Positions 12,930 to 25,801 of a DNA stretch of 64,000 nucleotides are shown one piece after another. The notes beneath the pieces were generated by a model. The model was given only the letters and a program-made list of their open reading frames with translations, was not told where the DNA came from and did no database searches. Both the position numbers and the translations under genes were made by a program. The stretch is from contig NIVC01001200.1 of the NCBI GenBank assembly GCA_002269645.1, positions 248,001-312,000 of the forward strand, given 5' to 3'. The first letter of the stretch is position 1; every line of letters begins with the position of its first letter. The DNA comes from Macrostomum lignano. Its lineage: Eukaryota.

Positions 12930-15900
12930 CTAACCAGCTGGCATTCTGGTACCGTTCCTTGCAGCTACCAACACTGGCTTTGAAGTTGCCGATGCTGACT
13001 TTAAAGTTGCTGATGCCGACTTTGAAGTTGCGGATGCCGACTTTGAAGTTGCCGATGCTGACTTTAAAGTTGCTGATGCCGACTTTGAAGTTGCCGACGC
13101 CGGCTTTAAATTTGCCGACGCCGACTTAAAAGCTGTCGACGCCGACTTTGAAGTTGCCGACGCCGACTTTGAATTTGCCGACGCCGACTTTAAAGTTTCC
13201 GACACCGACTTTGAAGTCAGCGGCAGGCAAGCAGCAGCGGCAGCAGCACTGTTGTTCGAATCGAGCGCTCGTTTCAACTGCCGATTTTCCGTCTCTAAAC
13301 GACGCAGCAACCGGCCGTCAGCCTCACGATCCGAGCGCAGCTTCAACACCTGAAAAAGCAGAAAAATGATGAACTTAAAATGTGCCAAATGAGTCGGAAG
13401 CCAAAAATAAGCAATCGACTCCAACCTCGAGCTCCACGCCAGCCAGCCGCTCCAGCTCCGCCTTCAGCTTGTCGCAGGACAGCCGCAGAGTCCGGTTATT
13501 GCCGCTCAGCCTGGCGAGGTGTTTCGCCAACTCCTGGCTCGCCTGCAGCACCACCTCCGTCTCCGCCTCCGCTGCAGCCGTCGCCGCCGCCTCCGCCGCC
13601 GTCTCCGCACGCTCCGCCAGCAGCTGCTGCAGCCGGCGCTCTGACTCCGCCGCCCGCCGCTCGCTGTCGGCGGTGGCCTCACGAGCGGCCGCGAGTTCGG
13701 CGGCAGCCGCCGTCTCTGCCTTCGCTCGCTCCTCCAGAATGGCGCTCAGCTTGCGCTCCACGTCGGCTGCCATGGACTCCGCGGCCGTCCGCTCGGCCAA
13801 CAGCCGCTCGGCGCGCCGTCGCGCCTCTTCGAGAGCGCGCTCGGCTGCCTCTAGCAGGGCGCCATCCTCGTTGGATTTCGTCGATGACTCTGGCGCCGCT
13901 GACGCAACCGCAGCCCGGAGTCGATCGACCTCCGCCTCCAGGTCGCGGATTCGCGCCGCCGTGGCCAGCTCGGCGGCCAGCGACGGTCCCGCAGTGCCGT
14001 CCGCATCGCCCGCCGCTGAGGCCGCGGCAGCTGCAGTGGCTGCGGCGGCAGCGTCGGCACCGCCCAGGGCGTCCAGCGCCTCCCGCAGCTGCCGATTCTC
14101 GGCCGCCAACCGGCGAGAGGTCGCCGTCGACTTTTCAGCCGCGGCGTCGCGCTGTCCCGCGAGCTCCTCGCAGCGCTGCTGGCAGTCGGCGAGGCGCTCG
14201 GCGGCCGCTTCAGCCTGGCTGCGCATGGCGGCAAGCCGCTGCTCAGCCTGTTGGCGCTCGTCTAGCAGCTGGCCGTTTTCGCTGCGCAGCTCCTGGGGTA
14301 GCGGGCGGAGATCGCTAGGGTGAATGGGGTTTTCCGGTATGTGAACGGGTTTTGTCGGTGTGGAACGGGTTTTGTTGGTGTGTGAATGGGGTTTTTCGGT
14401 ATGTGAATGGGTTTTGTTGGTGTGTGAATGGGTTTTGTCGGTGTGTGAATAGGTTTTGTTGGTGTGTGAATGGGTTTTGTCGGTGTGTGAACGGGTTTTG
14501 TTGGTGTGTGAATGGGTTTTTTCGGTGTGGAATGGGTTTTGTTGGTGTGTGAATGGGTTTTTTCGGTGTGTGAATGGTTTTGTCGGTTTGTGAATGGGTT
14601 TTGTCGGTGTGGAACGGGTTTTGTCGGAATGTGAATGGGTTTTTTCGGTGTGGAATGGGTTTTGTTGGTGTGTGAATGGGTTTTTTCGGTGTGTGAATAG
14701 TTTTTGTCGGTGTGTGAATGGGTTTTGTCGGTGTGGAATGGGTTTTGTTGGTGTGTGAATGGGTTTTTTCGGTGTGTGAATGGTTTTTGTCGGTGTGTGA
14801 ATGGGTTTTGTTGGTGTGTGAATGGGTTTTGTCGGTGTGTGAATAGGTTTTGTTAGTGTGTGAATGGGTTTTGTCAGTGTGTGAATGGGTTTTGTTTGTG
14901 TGTGAATGGGTTTTGTCGGTGTGTGAATGGGTTTTGTTGGTGTGTGAATGGGTTTTGTCGGTGTGTGAACGGGTTTTGTTGGTGTGTGAATGGGTTTTTT
15001 CGGTGTGTGAATGGTTTTTGTCGGTTTGTGAATGGGTTTTGTCGGTGTGGAACGGGTTTTGTCGGAATGTGAATGGGTTTTTTTCGGTGTGGAATGGGTT
15101 TTGTTGGTGTGTGAATGGGTTTTTTCGGTGTGTGAATGGGTTTTGTCGGTGTGGAATGGGTTTTGTTGGTGTGTGAATGGGTTTTTTCGGTGTGTGAATG
15201 GTTTTTGTCGGTGTGTGAATGGGTTTTGTTGGTGTGTGAATGGGTTTTGTCGGTGTGTGAATAGGTTTTGTTAGTGTGTGAATGGGTTTTGTCGGTGTGT
15301 GAATGGGTTTTGTTTGTGTGTGAATGGTTTTTGTCGGTGTGTGAATGGGTTTTGTTGGTGTGTGAATGGGTTTTGTCGGTGTGTGAATAGGTTTTGTTAG
15401 TGTGTGAATGGGTTTTGTCGGTGTGTGAATGGGTTTTGTTTGTGTGTGAATGGTTTTTGTCGGTGTGTGAATGGGTTTTGTTGGTGTGTGAATGGGTTTT
15501 GTCTGTGTGTGAATAGGTTTTGTTAGTGTGTGAATGGGTTTTGTCGGTGTGTGAATGGGTTTTGTTTGTGTGTGAATGGGTTTTGTCGGTGTGTGAATGG
15601 GTTTTGTTGGTGTGTGAATGGGTTTTGTCGGTGTGTGAACGGGTTTTGTCGGTGTGGAATGGGTTTTGTCGGTGTGTGAATGGGTTTTGTCGGTGTGTGA
15701 ATGGGTTTTGTCGGTGTGGAATGGGTTTTGTTGGTGTGTGAATGGTTTTTGTCGGTGTGTGAATGGGTTTTGTTGGTGTGTGAATGGGTTTTGTCGGTGT
15801 GTGAATAGGTTTTGTTGGTGTGTGAATGGTTTTTGTCGGTATATGAATGGGTTTGATCCGTGTGAATGGGTTTGATCGGTGCGTGAATGGGTTTGATCGG

Positions 15901-18900
15901 TGTGTGAATGGGTTTGATCGGTGCGTGAATGGGCTTAGGTCAGGGTGGTGCGTGAACAGTTACGGCTAGTGTGAAAGGGTCTAACTAGCTCATAATATGA
16001 TAAGACCGATGCCTTCACTAGTTAAGTTGGTGTGCATGACATGAATAGATACTCGTGCCCGTGAATAGCTTTAGCGGTGTGAGAACGGCTCTGACGGGTC
16101 ACTCTTGGCTCACCTGAACTCGAGCTTTGAAATATTCGAACTCGGCCAGTTTCTGCCGGAGGCTGACAACCTCGGCCTGCAGCTCCTCCGTGTTGCCAAG
16201 CTGGGGAATTGAGAAGGTGAAAGCACGAAAGAATCGATAAATATAAATGTTGATTTCAGATAACACATTTTTGCATTCAGCATTTACCGATTCCTTCAAG
16301 CGCTCGTTCTCATCCTGCAGGTCCTTCAGCTTCGTGGCCTTGTCTGAGCAGGATAGATTCTGGAGTGAGTTGTGGATGCAGTCTTTTAAGTCGACATACA
16401 ACAAAAAAATTGCATTGGCCAAATTGATCGCAGTTTAGGCCAAACAGGTTGCAGTGTTTTTACACGATGTCTATGGCTTTTCTATCGCTGGCCAAACTGA
16501 TCGCAGTTTAGGCCAACTAGGTTGCAGTGTTTTTACACGATGTCTATGGCTTTTCTATCGCTGGCCAAATCGATCGCAGTTTAGGCCAAACAGGTTGCAG
16601 TGTTTTTACACGATGTCTATGGCTTTTCTATCGCTGGCCAAATCGATCGCAGTTTAGGCCAAACAGGTTGCAGTGTTTTTACACGATGTCTATGGCTTTT
16701 CTATCGCTGGCCAAATCGATCGCAGTTTAGGCCAAACAGGTTGCAGTGTTTTTACACGATGTCTATGGCTTTTCTATCGCTGGCCAAATCGATCGCAGTT
16801 TAGGCCAACTAGATTGCAAAGGTTTATTTGTAAGAGGGACCAAAATGAAACAAGGTCCCATTGTCATCACACTCAGCTCCCACAAAGGACTCTCATAACC
16901 AAGACTCTCAGCTCCTACTGAGAAGTCTCAACACCAAGACTCTCAGCTCCTACTGAGAAGTCTCAACACCAAGACTCTCAGCTCCTACTGAGAAGTCTCA
17001 ACACCAAGACTTTCAGCTCCTACTGAGAAGTCTCAACACCAAGACTTTCAGCTCCTACTGAGAAGTCTCAACACAAGACTCTCAGGTCCTACTGAGAAGT
17101 CTCAACACCAAGACTCTCAGCTCCTACTGAGAAGTCTCAACACCAAGACTCTCAGCTCCCACTGACTCTCATCTCCCCAAAGTCCGCACCTTGAGCTGCG
17201 CCTTAAGTCGCTTTGTCTTCTCTTTCTTCTGCCGCAAGCGGTCCGCCAGCTGCGCCGCCTCGGCCGCGCGGTCGTCCAGCTGAGCTGCCAGGCTGGCGGC
17301 CTGCTGATTGGCGGAGCCCAGCAGCAGCTGGTAGCCGTGGAAATCGACGAGGTCCTCTGGCGGGCGGAGCGACTTCAGCAGGTCCGGCCCGGTGCTGGAG
17401 GCGGTCTGAGCCGAGAGCAGCACCGACTCAAGATAGAGTTTCTCACGCAGAGCCTGGCTGCCGCGCTGTGAGATGATGGCGGGGTAAGGAGGGAAGCTGC
17501 CGCGTCATTTTGCACGAATGATCTGCTGGATTTCTAACTGACTGCGGTGCAGATATGGGAGTTGCTGTTTAGCCCTGCTGGCAAAATGAGCCTGTCAATT
17601 TCTGCTCAAATGGGACTAATTGGCTGAGATGCTAAGGCTCAATGGGGATGCTGAGATGCCAAGGCTCAATAGGGGATGCTGAGATGCCAAGGCTCAATGG
17701 AGAGACTGAGATGCCAAGGCTTAATGGAGAGGCTGAGATGCCAAGGCTCAATGGGGAGGCTGAGATGCCAAGGCTCAATAGGGGATGCTGAGATGCCAAG
17801 GCTCAATGGAGAGACTGAGATGCCAAGGCTCAATGGGGAGGCTGAGATGCCAAGGCTCAATGGAGAGGCTGAGATGCCAAGGCTCAATGGGGAGGCTGAG
17901 ATGCCAAGGCTTAATGGGGATGCTGAGATGCCAAGGCTCAATGGGGATGCTGAGATGCCAAGGCTCAATGGAGAGGCTGAGATGCCAAGGCTCAATGGAT
18001 AGCTGTTTCTATTAAAAGCAGAGGCAACATATCAAATACACAGCTGATAAAGTGAATCTTCTAGATGGGTTCCGCACCTTGAAGCAGGCCAGCCGATCGC
18101 TGCAGCACCTCTGCAGAGCAGTTGAATCGTCCAACGTATCCAAGCGCACTAATTGAGCGCTAAGCTGAAATAAAAAAGCAGTATAAGTTTGCATTAGCTA
18201 ACTACTCAAAGTAGCGGAGCAGAATTTGCCAAAAATAACAGTCGAGTTCCCGAACCTCCTTGTAGCTCTCCATGATGTCCTCCTTGACCTCGCCGGGCAG
18301 GGTCTCCATCACGGCAATGAAATCGTCTTTGCGATCGCTTTGAATGACCAGGCCGAGTACTAGCAGTAGTATCTTGCGCATCTCTTGCTGCGATCCGTCT
18401 GCAAAAGACGCAGTGATGAGTTGCTTATATTTAAAGGTGGCTTAAGTAATGTCAACCGGACTCAGATTATCTACAAGTTTGCGACCGCTTACGGAGATCC
18501 GCACTGTAGTTGACCAGAGCGGAGACGTCAATCATGGGGAGCAGAACCGCTTGATTGAGACAGTCCTGCGGAGAAATGAGGAAAACAATTAAGTGCCACT
18601 GGGTTTGTGCTGGGATGTCTGGAAACAGTTCAAGACTGATCCCCAATGGTTACCATGTAGCAGGTGAGCAGTTGCACAGTCAGAGTTGAGAAGTTGTGCA
18701 CCTGGCTGGCGGAGTCCTTGGCGCAGCTGACTGGCTCAGTCCACAGAGGGCGGCTGTCTCTGCATTTAGATTGAAAAAATGCAGCACTGAGAATCTCTGC
18801 TTGCAATGATACTCTGCACAGAATTCTGCTCTCAACTTACATCTGATGGAGAACATCAAACAGAAAGTCCTGCTCCATTAGGTCTTCATATTTTAAAGCA

Positions 18901-18926
18901 TCGTCCAGAGTGTGGAATGTCTCGAT
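12930..18926 (-). CDS. CCDC88: CCDC88 (Girdin/Daple/HkRP)-like Hook-domain coiled-coil protein, ~740 aa plus an unlocated first exon. Exons: 18926-18841, 18759-18654, 18565-18493, 18398-18256, 18164-18078, 17465-17190, 16359-16288, 16200-16114, 14292-13426, 13349-12930
   Basis: All ten exons have GT-AG borders with matching phases. Spliced IETFHTLDDALKYEDLMEQDFLFDVLHQIDSRP...VHNFSTLTVQLLTCYMDCLNQ...EMRKILLLVLGLVIQSDRKDDFIAVMETL aligns with the Girdin N-terminal domain (VKTF...GVFLNQVMLQINPK...MHNLSILVRQIKFYYQETLQQ...[26 protein letters not shown]). LAEFEYFKARVQELRSEN resembles LHDIEFYKARVEELKEDN. AATAAA (-) at 12864-12869. Confidence 0.85.
12979..13217 (-). repeat. Coding 21-bp tandem repeat (KSASATS/KSASATL heptads) in the last CCDC88 exon
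   Basis: About 11 copies of GCCGACTTTGAAGTTGCCGAT variants, in frame. Confidence 0.9.
14320..15935. repeat. Intronic minisatellite, ~21-bp unit GTGTGTGAATGGGTTTTGTCG
   Basis: Roughly 75 diverged copies filling the CCDC88 intron at 14293-16113. Confidence 0.95.
16416..16818. repeat. Intronic 73-bp tandem repeat
   Basis: About 5.5 near-identical copies; the ORF track repeats at a 73-nt period (16454, 16527, 16600, 16673). Confidence 0.95.
16898..17166. repeat. Intronic 35-bp tandem repeat ACCAAGACTCTCAGCTCCTACTGAGAAGTCTCAAC
   Basis: About 7.5 copies, ending ~25 nt from the donor at 17189. Confidence 0.95.
17623..17998. repeat. Intronic 27-bp tandem repeat GCTGAGATGCCAAGGCTCAATGGGGAK
   Basis: About 14 copies in the intron at 17466-18077. 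Confidence 0.95.
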
Positions 18927-19570
18927 CTGAAAATTTGTAAGCATTTAATTTATTAATGAAAAATGCCCAAAATAGTTTCACTCTGAAGTAGAATTAGAAT
19001 AATTACCCAGGAAAATAGTGATGCAAATGAGCCCCTGATATTGCCTGTTTCAGGCATCTGAAATGTCAGGAGGAACTGGTAGTTATGAAATGATTTTTAT
19101 TGAATAAAATTATACTCCAAGCAATTAATTGACTTGAGCTCAAAACACTACAACTGATGCAAGGTTTACAACTTTTTTATTTACTACAGATGTATATTAG
19201 CTTACTTTTATGGAAAGTCAATTTTTTTATTTTAACGATATAGACATTTCAAAAAAGCTTAACAAAATGTTACCAGTTTCAAAGCTTTGTCAAGGGAATT
19301 TCTCTTTGGCATAGAGACTTGAGCAATGGAGACTTTATGCCATGTACATACATAGTGTATGGTTGGAATAAGGACTGAAGTTAAGATATTTTATTTTTAA
19401 TGCAAAACACTAAGAAGAGCTCTTAAGTCAGTGATATCTTCTCTTTTTTTTCAGATTTTATAAAAGCACTATTTATTGAAATTTGGCCTAATTGAAGGAA
19501 GGTTAACCATAGCTATTAAAATTAATAGAATAAAAATTATTAAAAATATAATATTTAATAATAGTAATAT

Positions 19571-20711
19571 CAGTGTTGGGCACTTCCGTTACTGAGTAAC
19601 TTGTAAATGGTAATGCAAGTTACTTTTTCGTAAAGCGTTCCTTACACAAGTTACTTTCCTATTTTGGTAACGGAGTAACGGTAAGTTACTCAAATTTCGG
19701 AAGTCCGTTACAGTTACTTTGCAACAATCGCAATATTTAAATTTAAAACTGATATGCTTACCTATTAGGCCAGTTGTCACATTTTTAGCATTTTTCATTC
19801 CTAAATTCAAAACTAAGTGAATAATATCATATGGCATTACGCTGTAATTAATAAAGAAATACTTGAAACATGTTTTTACTTTGTTATTTTTGGTAAAATA
19901 TTTTTGCTTTTCGTTTTTAAGTTAATAAAAATATTTTGTTTAGTTCTTAGAAACAAACAACCAAAGAAAGAAATTCATCTGTAGTCTCCACAAATCCACT
20001 CAGTGATCGACGTAGCCAGGAATTTTAATTGGGGGGGGGGGGGGGTTGACCTGGCTGGCCATGCCTCATGCACCCGCCACGCCCAACCCCACCCCCCCCT
20101 GGTGGGGTGTCTTGCAGGTGGGGTGAAGTTGCCGCCCCAACGATTGTTAAGGCGGCCTCCCTGGCTACACCACTAAAGTCCACTGGCACTGCACTGCACT
20201 GCACAATAATTTAATATTAATGATAATAATTGAAAATAAATAAAGCCTAGTAAAGCAGACTGTAGAGTGGAGTAAAGCCAGGTACTTATTATGAGCGATG
20301 TATTATCAAGGACAACTGAAGTTACGTTAAGTTGTCCTTGTGTATTATAACTTATAATGTTATTAAAAATTAAATTGCGTTTTGCCTTTAACGTTTCTGA
20401 CCTTCAGCTTCTCTTCTTTTTACGGAAAGGGCCTAAAGTGATTAAAATTTAATACAGTTACTGAAATTAATGTTGTTGTATTCTTCCTTCTGGCTTTTGT
20501 GATCATTTGTGCTGTTCCAGCACATTTGCAATGTTAAAAAAGCAGAAAATTTTGTTTATAACATAGGTAACGGAAGTAAGTAACGGAAGTAACTTAAAAG
20601 TTACCGGGTTTTTGTTCAAAGTTACTAGGCTAACGTAAGTTACTTTTTAAAAAGTGGTAACTTAAGTTACAGTAACCCAAGTTACTTTTTTGAGTAACTT
20701 GCCCAACACTG
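19571..20711. mobile_element. hAT-type non-autonomous element, 1141 bp, 8-bp TSD
   Basis: Perfect TIR CAGTGTTGGGCA / TGCCCAACACTG. TSD AGTAATAT at 19563-19570 and 20712-20719. Many subterminal GTTACT/AGTAAC motifs at both ends. Confidence 0.9.
20001..20175. mobile_element. Small MITE nested inside the hAT element
   Basis: Ends CAGTGATCGACGTAGCCAGG and CCTGGCTACACCACTA form an imperfect inverted pair; flanks AAATCCACT / AAGTCCACT match at 8 of 9; internal poly-G run. Confidence 0.65.
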
Positions 20712-21854
20712 AGTAATATAATAAATAAATAAACAAAATAATCATAGATACCTGGTAAAAATGGTTAGGACTAGATCTAGATTCTTAGTATTAATCTAGG
20801 CCTAGGTCTAAATAAAAAATTGATAGCTTTGTAAAGACAGGGTCAGCAACAATTAAATGATATTGGTTAATAATGTCTATATTTAATTACTTGGACAGGT
20901 TTATTGAGAATGAATATAGTTACTAATATAATACTAAAGTAGAGCAATAACTATATTAATAGCTAAAGAGTATCTATATATAAAATTTTATTATAAATTT
21001 ACTTGATTCAAATAGGAAAATTGGTTCATCTTGGCCAATTGGCACATTTGATTTTTTCTAATAAAGACCCTAGTTAAAAAGCTATTAAGGTTCAATAATA
21101 AATTGAATAAAAATGTAACTAGGCATAAGATAAAGCTTTGTTTATTATATAAATTATTAGGCCTATCACTTGGAGTCTAGGCCTAGTCTTATTATCAAAA
21201 TATTTGTTACCAAAACAATAATAATACATACACTACTCTACATATACGAGTATGTAGAATAGGCCTATGTAAGAAATTTTTACTCTACATATATTCACAT
21301 AAATTTGGTTTGGCAATTGGAAGTTGCCAAGTTAGAATATAACCAGAAGTTAATTTCTATTGGCATATCATGATTATCATAACAAAAGCCTAGTACTAGT
21401 AGGCAATAAGCTATATTCAGGAAGGTGGACTTTATCATGGATATTTCCCCATATGCAAGAGAATGGATTCATGTCCCTGGTGACTAGTGACTGTCCTTAG
21501 TCATGGCGCTGTGTAGAGTCCAATCTATCTAGGACTAGTACTAGCCTATCACTAGGCCTATGCTGTAGGTCTAGTTATTATAAGATAAGATAAGCCTAAT
21601 ACATATAAGGTGATATACCAAGGTGGCCACAAGGCAAGCCTATTTCTTATTGGTTTGGAGGGAAGGGGAGGGTAGGGTATGGGAATGGAAGCTCTCTCAT
21701 CAATCTCCCCCCACCTCAACCTCCCTACCTCACATTTGCACAACTATCCAGTTTTGGATACTTAATTACCTAAACAATCTTGGAGTCAAGTCTGAATTGA
21801 ATAAATTTCATTTGACTTCTTTTCTATTTGGCTGTTTGCTTTAATTTGCTCAGA

Positions 21855-22575
21855 ATGGCTGCATCATTTCCATGTGTGCAGCCAGTTACTAATGAAGATC
21901 ATGCAAATGAATGCTCCCAGTGCCGCAATTGGCAGCATCTTGAATGCAGTAGCCATGTCACACCTATGCAATATGAAGTATGCAAGGCATTTGTAAGTTT
22001 TTTTGGCTCTGCAATCGGTGACCTGCTGACCTGCTGACATCCATACATGTGCAACCTTGGGAATCACTCAGCCATTTCTATTGGCAACACACACACACAC
22101 ATGTAAGTTGCTATTGGCTAAAAGCAGTCACATGACCCTAGAATCCTTAGGTTGCGCCCAAGCATGCTGACATCAAGGTCACCAGGTGTAGCAGCAGCAC
22201 CTGTGCAAATTGCAATGGACCAGGCTGTTGCTGCAGCAGCACCTGTGTAGATTGCAGTGGACCAGGCTGTTGCCACAGTAGCACCAGTGCAGATTGCAGC
22301 GAACTAGGCTGCTGCTGCTGCAGCTCATTTGCCAGAGATTTTTCTATATCAATTTCCTGGCTTTCCTGATCCTTGAAGTGTCTATCCATGTCCTACCTGT
22401 GGACTTTGTACCACTTTGTAGCCCCCCACCTCAGCTTTTTGAATATCTTCCAGGTGCAGGGTATAATGGGAAAGGTCTTTATGTATGATTTGTGAGGCAT
22501 GACCTAGGCCATCTACTGGACATTAAGATGCAGCAAAATGGCAACACCTACTATTGTTGCACAAAGTGCCTGTAT
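21855..22575 (+). pseudogene. Decayed PHD finger, Ala-rich repeat and FLYWCH-like fragment; probable relic of a Mutator-type transposon gene
   Basis: MAASFPCVQPVTNEDHANECSQCRNWQHLEC...(frameshift)WLCNR* is a broken PHD. DQAVAAAAPVQIA repeats carry CAG-to-TAG stops. FEYLPGAGYNGKGLYV*...DLGHLLDIKMQQNGNTYYCCTK resembles a FLYWCH N-terminus. Family assignment is inference from remembered motifs. Confidence 0.45.
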
Positions 22576-22576
22576 A

Positions 22577-22765
22577 TAAACAGTGAATTCTGCACTTTTA
22601 GCCACAATGCAGAAGTAAAATTTTAATAAGAACAAAACATTGCTTTTGCCTTTAACTAAACAGTGAGTCTTGCACTTCAAGTTTTAACCACAATGCACAG
22701 GTAAAATTTTAAAAAGAATTCAAAAACTGTTTTTGCCTTTATTTAAACAGTGAATGCTGCACTTT
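22577..22765. repeat. Diverged ~80-87-bp tandem duplication (about 2.3 copies)
   Basis: AAACAGTGA...TGCACTT...CACAATGCA...GTAAAATTTTAA recurs at 22578, 22658 and partly at 22745. Confidence 0.7.
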
Positions 22766-23298
22766 TCTATTATATATACCTCTGCCTACTGCCTTTTTCG
22801 ATGCAGGGGTTCATTTGGCCATAGGCAGAAACAAATTTGTAGATCCAATAGCAATAATCTGCTTATGGTAAAATGTTGATATTCTGAATTCTTGAAATTT
22901 AGTACATCTTCCTCTTTAAATTTGTTAGAATGTGCTAAAAACTTAAATATATTAGTTTATTAATATGAATGTGAAAATCTCAATTAGGTCAGTCAGGTCA
23001 AGAAAATTACTAGTGCCCAATGCAATTATACAGACACATTGCTATCATATACAGTTTCATGTGGAGAAATTATAGCTAAACTTGAGGGACATAGACAATG
23101 TTCCTCTCTGAGTCTCTATACCCGAGGAGCTAAAAAAAGCCAATAGTAATTGAGGGGGCTGATAGTTTTATAGACCAATTAGAGCTGTGGCCACCTTATT
23201 AGTGTGTGGCCACATTAGACATGCGCCTACATATAACTACAAATACAGTAAAATTATTTAGATACATACACATCCTAGTGATAAATGACACAACATAC

Positions 23299-23364
23299 CA
23301 TTCTTGGGCTGGATTCAGCTTGCTCTCGTTCAACTTGAAATGTTAATGGACAGGAGTAATCCAT
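23299..23364 (-). CDS. Candidate first coding exon of the CCDC88-like gene (MDYSCPLTFQVEREQAESSPRM)
   Basis: ATG plus 22 codons ending at a strong phase-0 donor ATG|GTATGT, compatible with the 18926 acceptor. Only weak similarity to Girdin EQFMTSPLVTW. Confidence 0.35.
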
Positions 23365-25801
23365 CTTGACTTTCGCAGCTTTACCATTAACTCATTGGAA
23401 TGATTGGCTAGAGAATGTAACGATTTATCTTTGATTATTTGCTAACCCTTTAATTTATTAAACTATTTATTGACTTTAGTTAACGTATAGCGCATGCAGA
23501 CTCTATGAAAGTACAAATACAGAGACTTATCATCTATACAGGGACAACCCGTCGCCGATGAGTAGTATATATCTGACTCTCTCTCCTCTCGTCGTGCATG
23601 CACCACTAATATTAGTTCACCACTAATTTTATATCATTTAAAATAAATTGAATTTATGAAATCAAAAGAAGCTGTGACTTAATTAAAAAAGAGTAGTTAT
23701 CAGCTTTAGCTTTAGAAATAAAAATAGTTTTAGTTTTTTAGGGTACTTTTAAAATAATCCTTATAATTGTTTATATATTAAAATAACTTCTCTTATAACA
23801 TTTGTTGAAATGTTTTTGACGCCGGTCACATAAAGAACTATGAGCAGCATGGGCATCTTTCCTAAACTAAAGTAAAGTTATTATTTGCTAGTTTTTTTGC
23901 CCTAAACTGAACTGGTTGCACTCTATAATCGATAAATACTCTCTTGATCGTGCTGTCAAAGAAAAAGAATCAAACAGGACGAGAGGGACTAAGCTGGAAG
24001 TTGTACGTGTACTTGTAAATCAAGCATCAAGGACCATAAAATTGTTTTGGGAAGAATCAAGATATCTTGGCGCAAAAGCTTTTACTTTTATTTACCATGT
24101 TAACGACGATGATAGGTGGTAGATATCCATGAATAAATTATTCAAGCTAAAAGTTTGTATGCCCCGAGTGCATGTAGCTCATTGGAACTTTAAATAACAC
24201 ATAAGAGAAAATGAGAAAATGAACAAATAAGGTGAAGTCAGACGACAAAACTTTTTTATTTTAAACTACGACCTTGCTTAATTTAAGTGACTATATTTTA
24301 GCAGAAGAATTTAACTGTCATAAATAAAGATAACAAAAACTAGTAGATATTTAGATAGTAGATATTTCCTAGAAACGAAACGCACCAAATCAAAATTTCA
24401 TAACTAGCTTATATTATCATAAATCTAACTGAATAAACATTTTTGGACAAAAGCGAATCGGTATAGTAATTATGTTGGAAATTCTACTATACCAGCCAAA
24501 ATAAGCGTAATCAATATAAACACACTAAACAAAACTGCATTACTAAACAAAGCAATTAAAATTAGAAAGTATCACAATCGTGAAAAGACTGTTCGCCTGA
24601 TTTCAGAGGCTGATATTTCGTATCCGAACAGAACAGGGGGAACGCAGAGAAACAGGAGTGACTAGCAGGTAATAATCCACCGCTATGCATCCGGTCTGCC
24701 ATGAAACCAGACATTGAGATGGACCTCCACATGATCGGCGCTACTAAAAGTAGCATTAAAAATGAATTTCGCGACCTACAGTGCAAACGGTGCATTGTAA
24801 AAATATAGATATACAAGCGAGCCAGCAGTTGACCTTCATTTGTCTTTACACCAAAAAGACCAGGCAGTTAGATTCCAGCTGAACAGACAGCATCGTATAA
24901 ACCATTGATAAAGAGAAATCAATGCAATATTATCAACACAGATGCATTTAAGCATAACTTTGGTGAAAACAGTGCGGCAAAGACTGAGAGGGGTATTCCA
25001 GGAATGAGAGCGCAGTGGAGTGCGGTGTGTAAATAGCAGTGTACTACTAGTACTGTATAGAAAGATTCTAATCGAATGTCTCCGTAATAAATTATTGGTG
25101 AAAAATATGCATTAATTGAGGAAAATAACAAAACTGGATACTAGACATACTACTTCTATAGTATTAGCTGAGTAGTTTGTATTGCAAAATAATAAATAAG
25201 TAAAGAATAAGTCTATAAACTGGCGAACAGATTCAGGGGGTCGCAGCTGAAACCGTAGACAGCAAAATGGAAACACGACACGAATGTCAAAAACATATCT
25301 AACATATCTAAACTCGCTAGTTTAAAGGTTTAAAGTTACGCCACTGCTATAACGAGTATAATAAATCAATAAATAAAGCTAAGAAAATAGCGGAATATTA
25401 GCGATATTATGATAACAGTTAATATTTGCAATATAAAACAATAAATTGAAATAAACAAGTGCTATATGGATGCGATTGCGCTGCTTCCTACATCAGATAT
25501 ATCGGTAAATATATAAAGTGCCCGTATGCGTGAATAGAGCAGGGCGGGGGAGGCAACAGACCGGAGGCGGCAGTCCCTCAGAACCAAAGCATGTGAGCTA
25601 CAATCTGTGAAGACGGAAAACTTTCGGTATCACTGAGAATGCCGCCTCTGTCTCCCCGCCCCCTTAGCCATTTGTGCTTGCCTGTGCCGAGTTCTGAGTC
25701 AGCAATTGACCACAAAAACTGATTATGCGATTAGAATTATTTAAGAGTTAGCGCCACAGTCCTGACTGCGACTGCCCAGGTGATGAGGTACTCATCTCAC
25801 C

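Noticed and set aside
13380-14323. + strand ORFs of 312-313 aa
   Set aside because: Antisense shadows of the GC-rich CCDC88 coiled-coil exon.
16416-17166. Regularly spaced 73-bp and 35-bp repeats resembling a CRISPR array
   Set aside because: Units are head-to-tail with no unique spacers, lie in a spliceosomal intron, and there are no cas genes.
24852-24893. Alternative candidate CCDC88 first exon (MLSVQLESNCLVFL)
   Set aside because: Weak donor (GTGTAA) and no better similarity than the 23299-23364 candidate.
25541-25664. Imperfect inverted repeat downstream of AP2M1
   Set aside because: Short, gapped, GC-rich match with no TSD; cannot be distinguished from chance.
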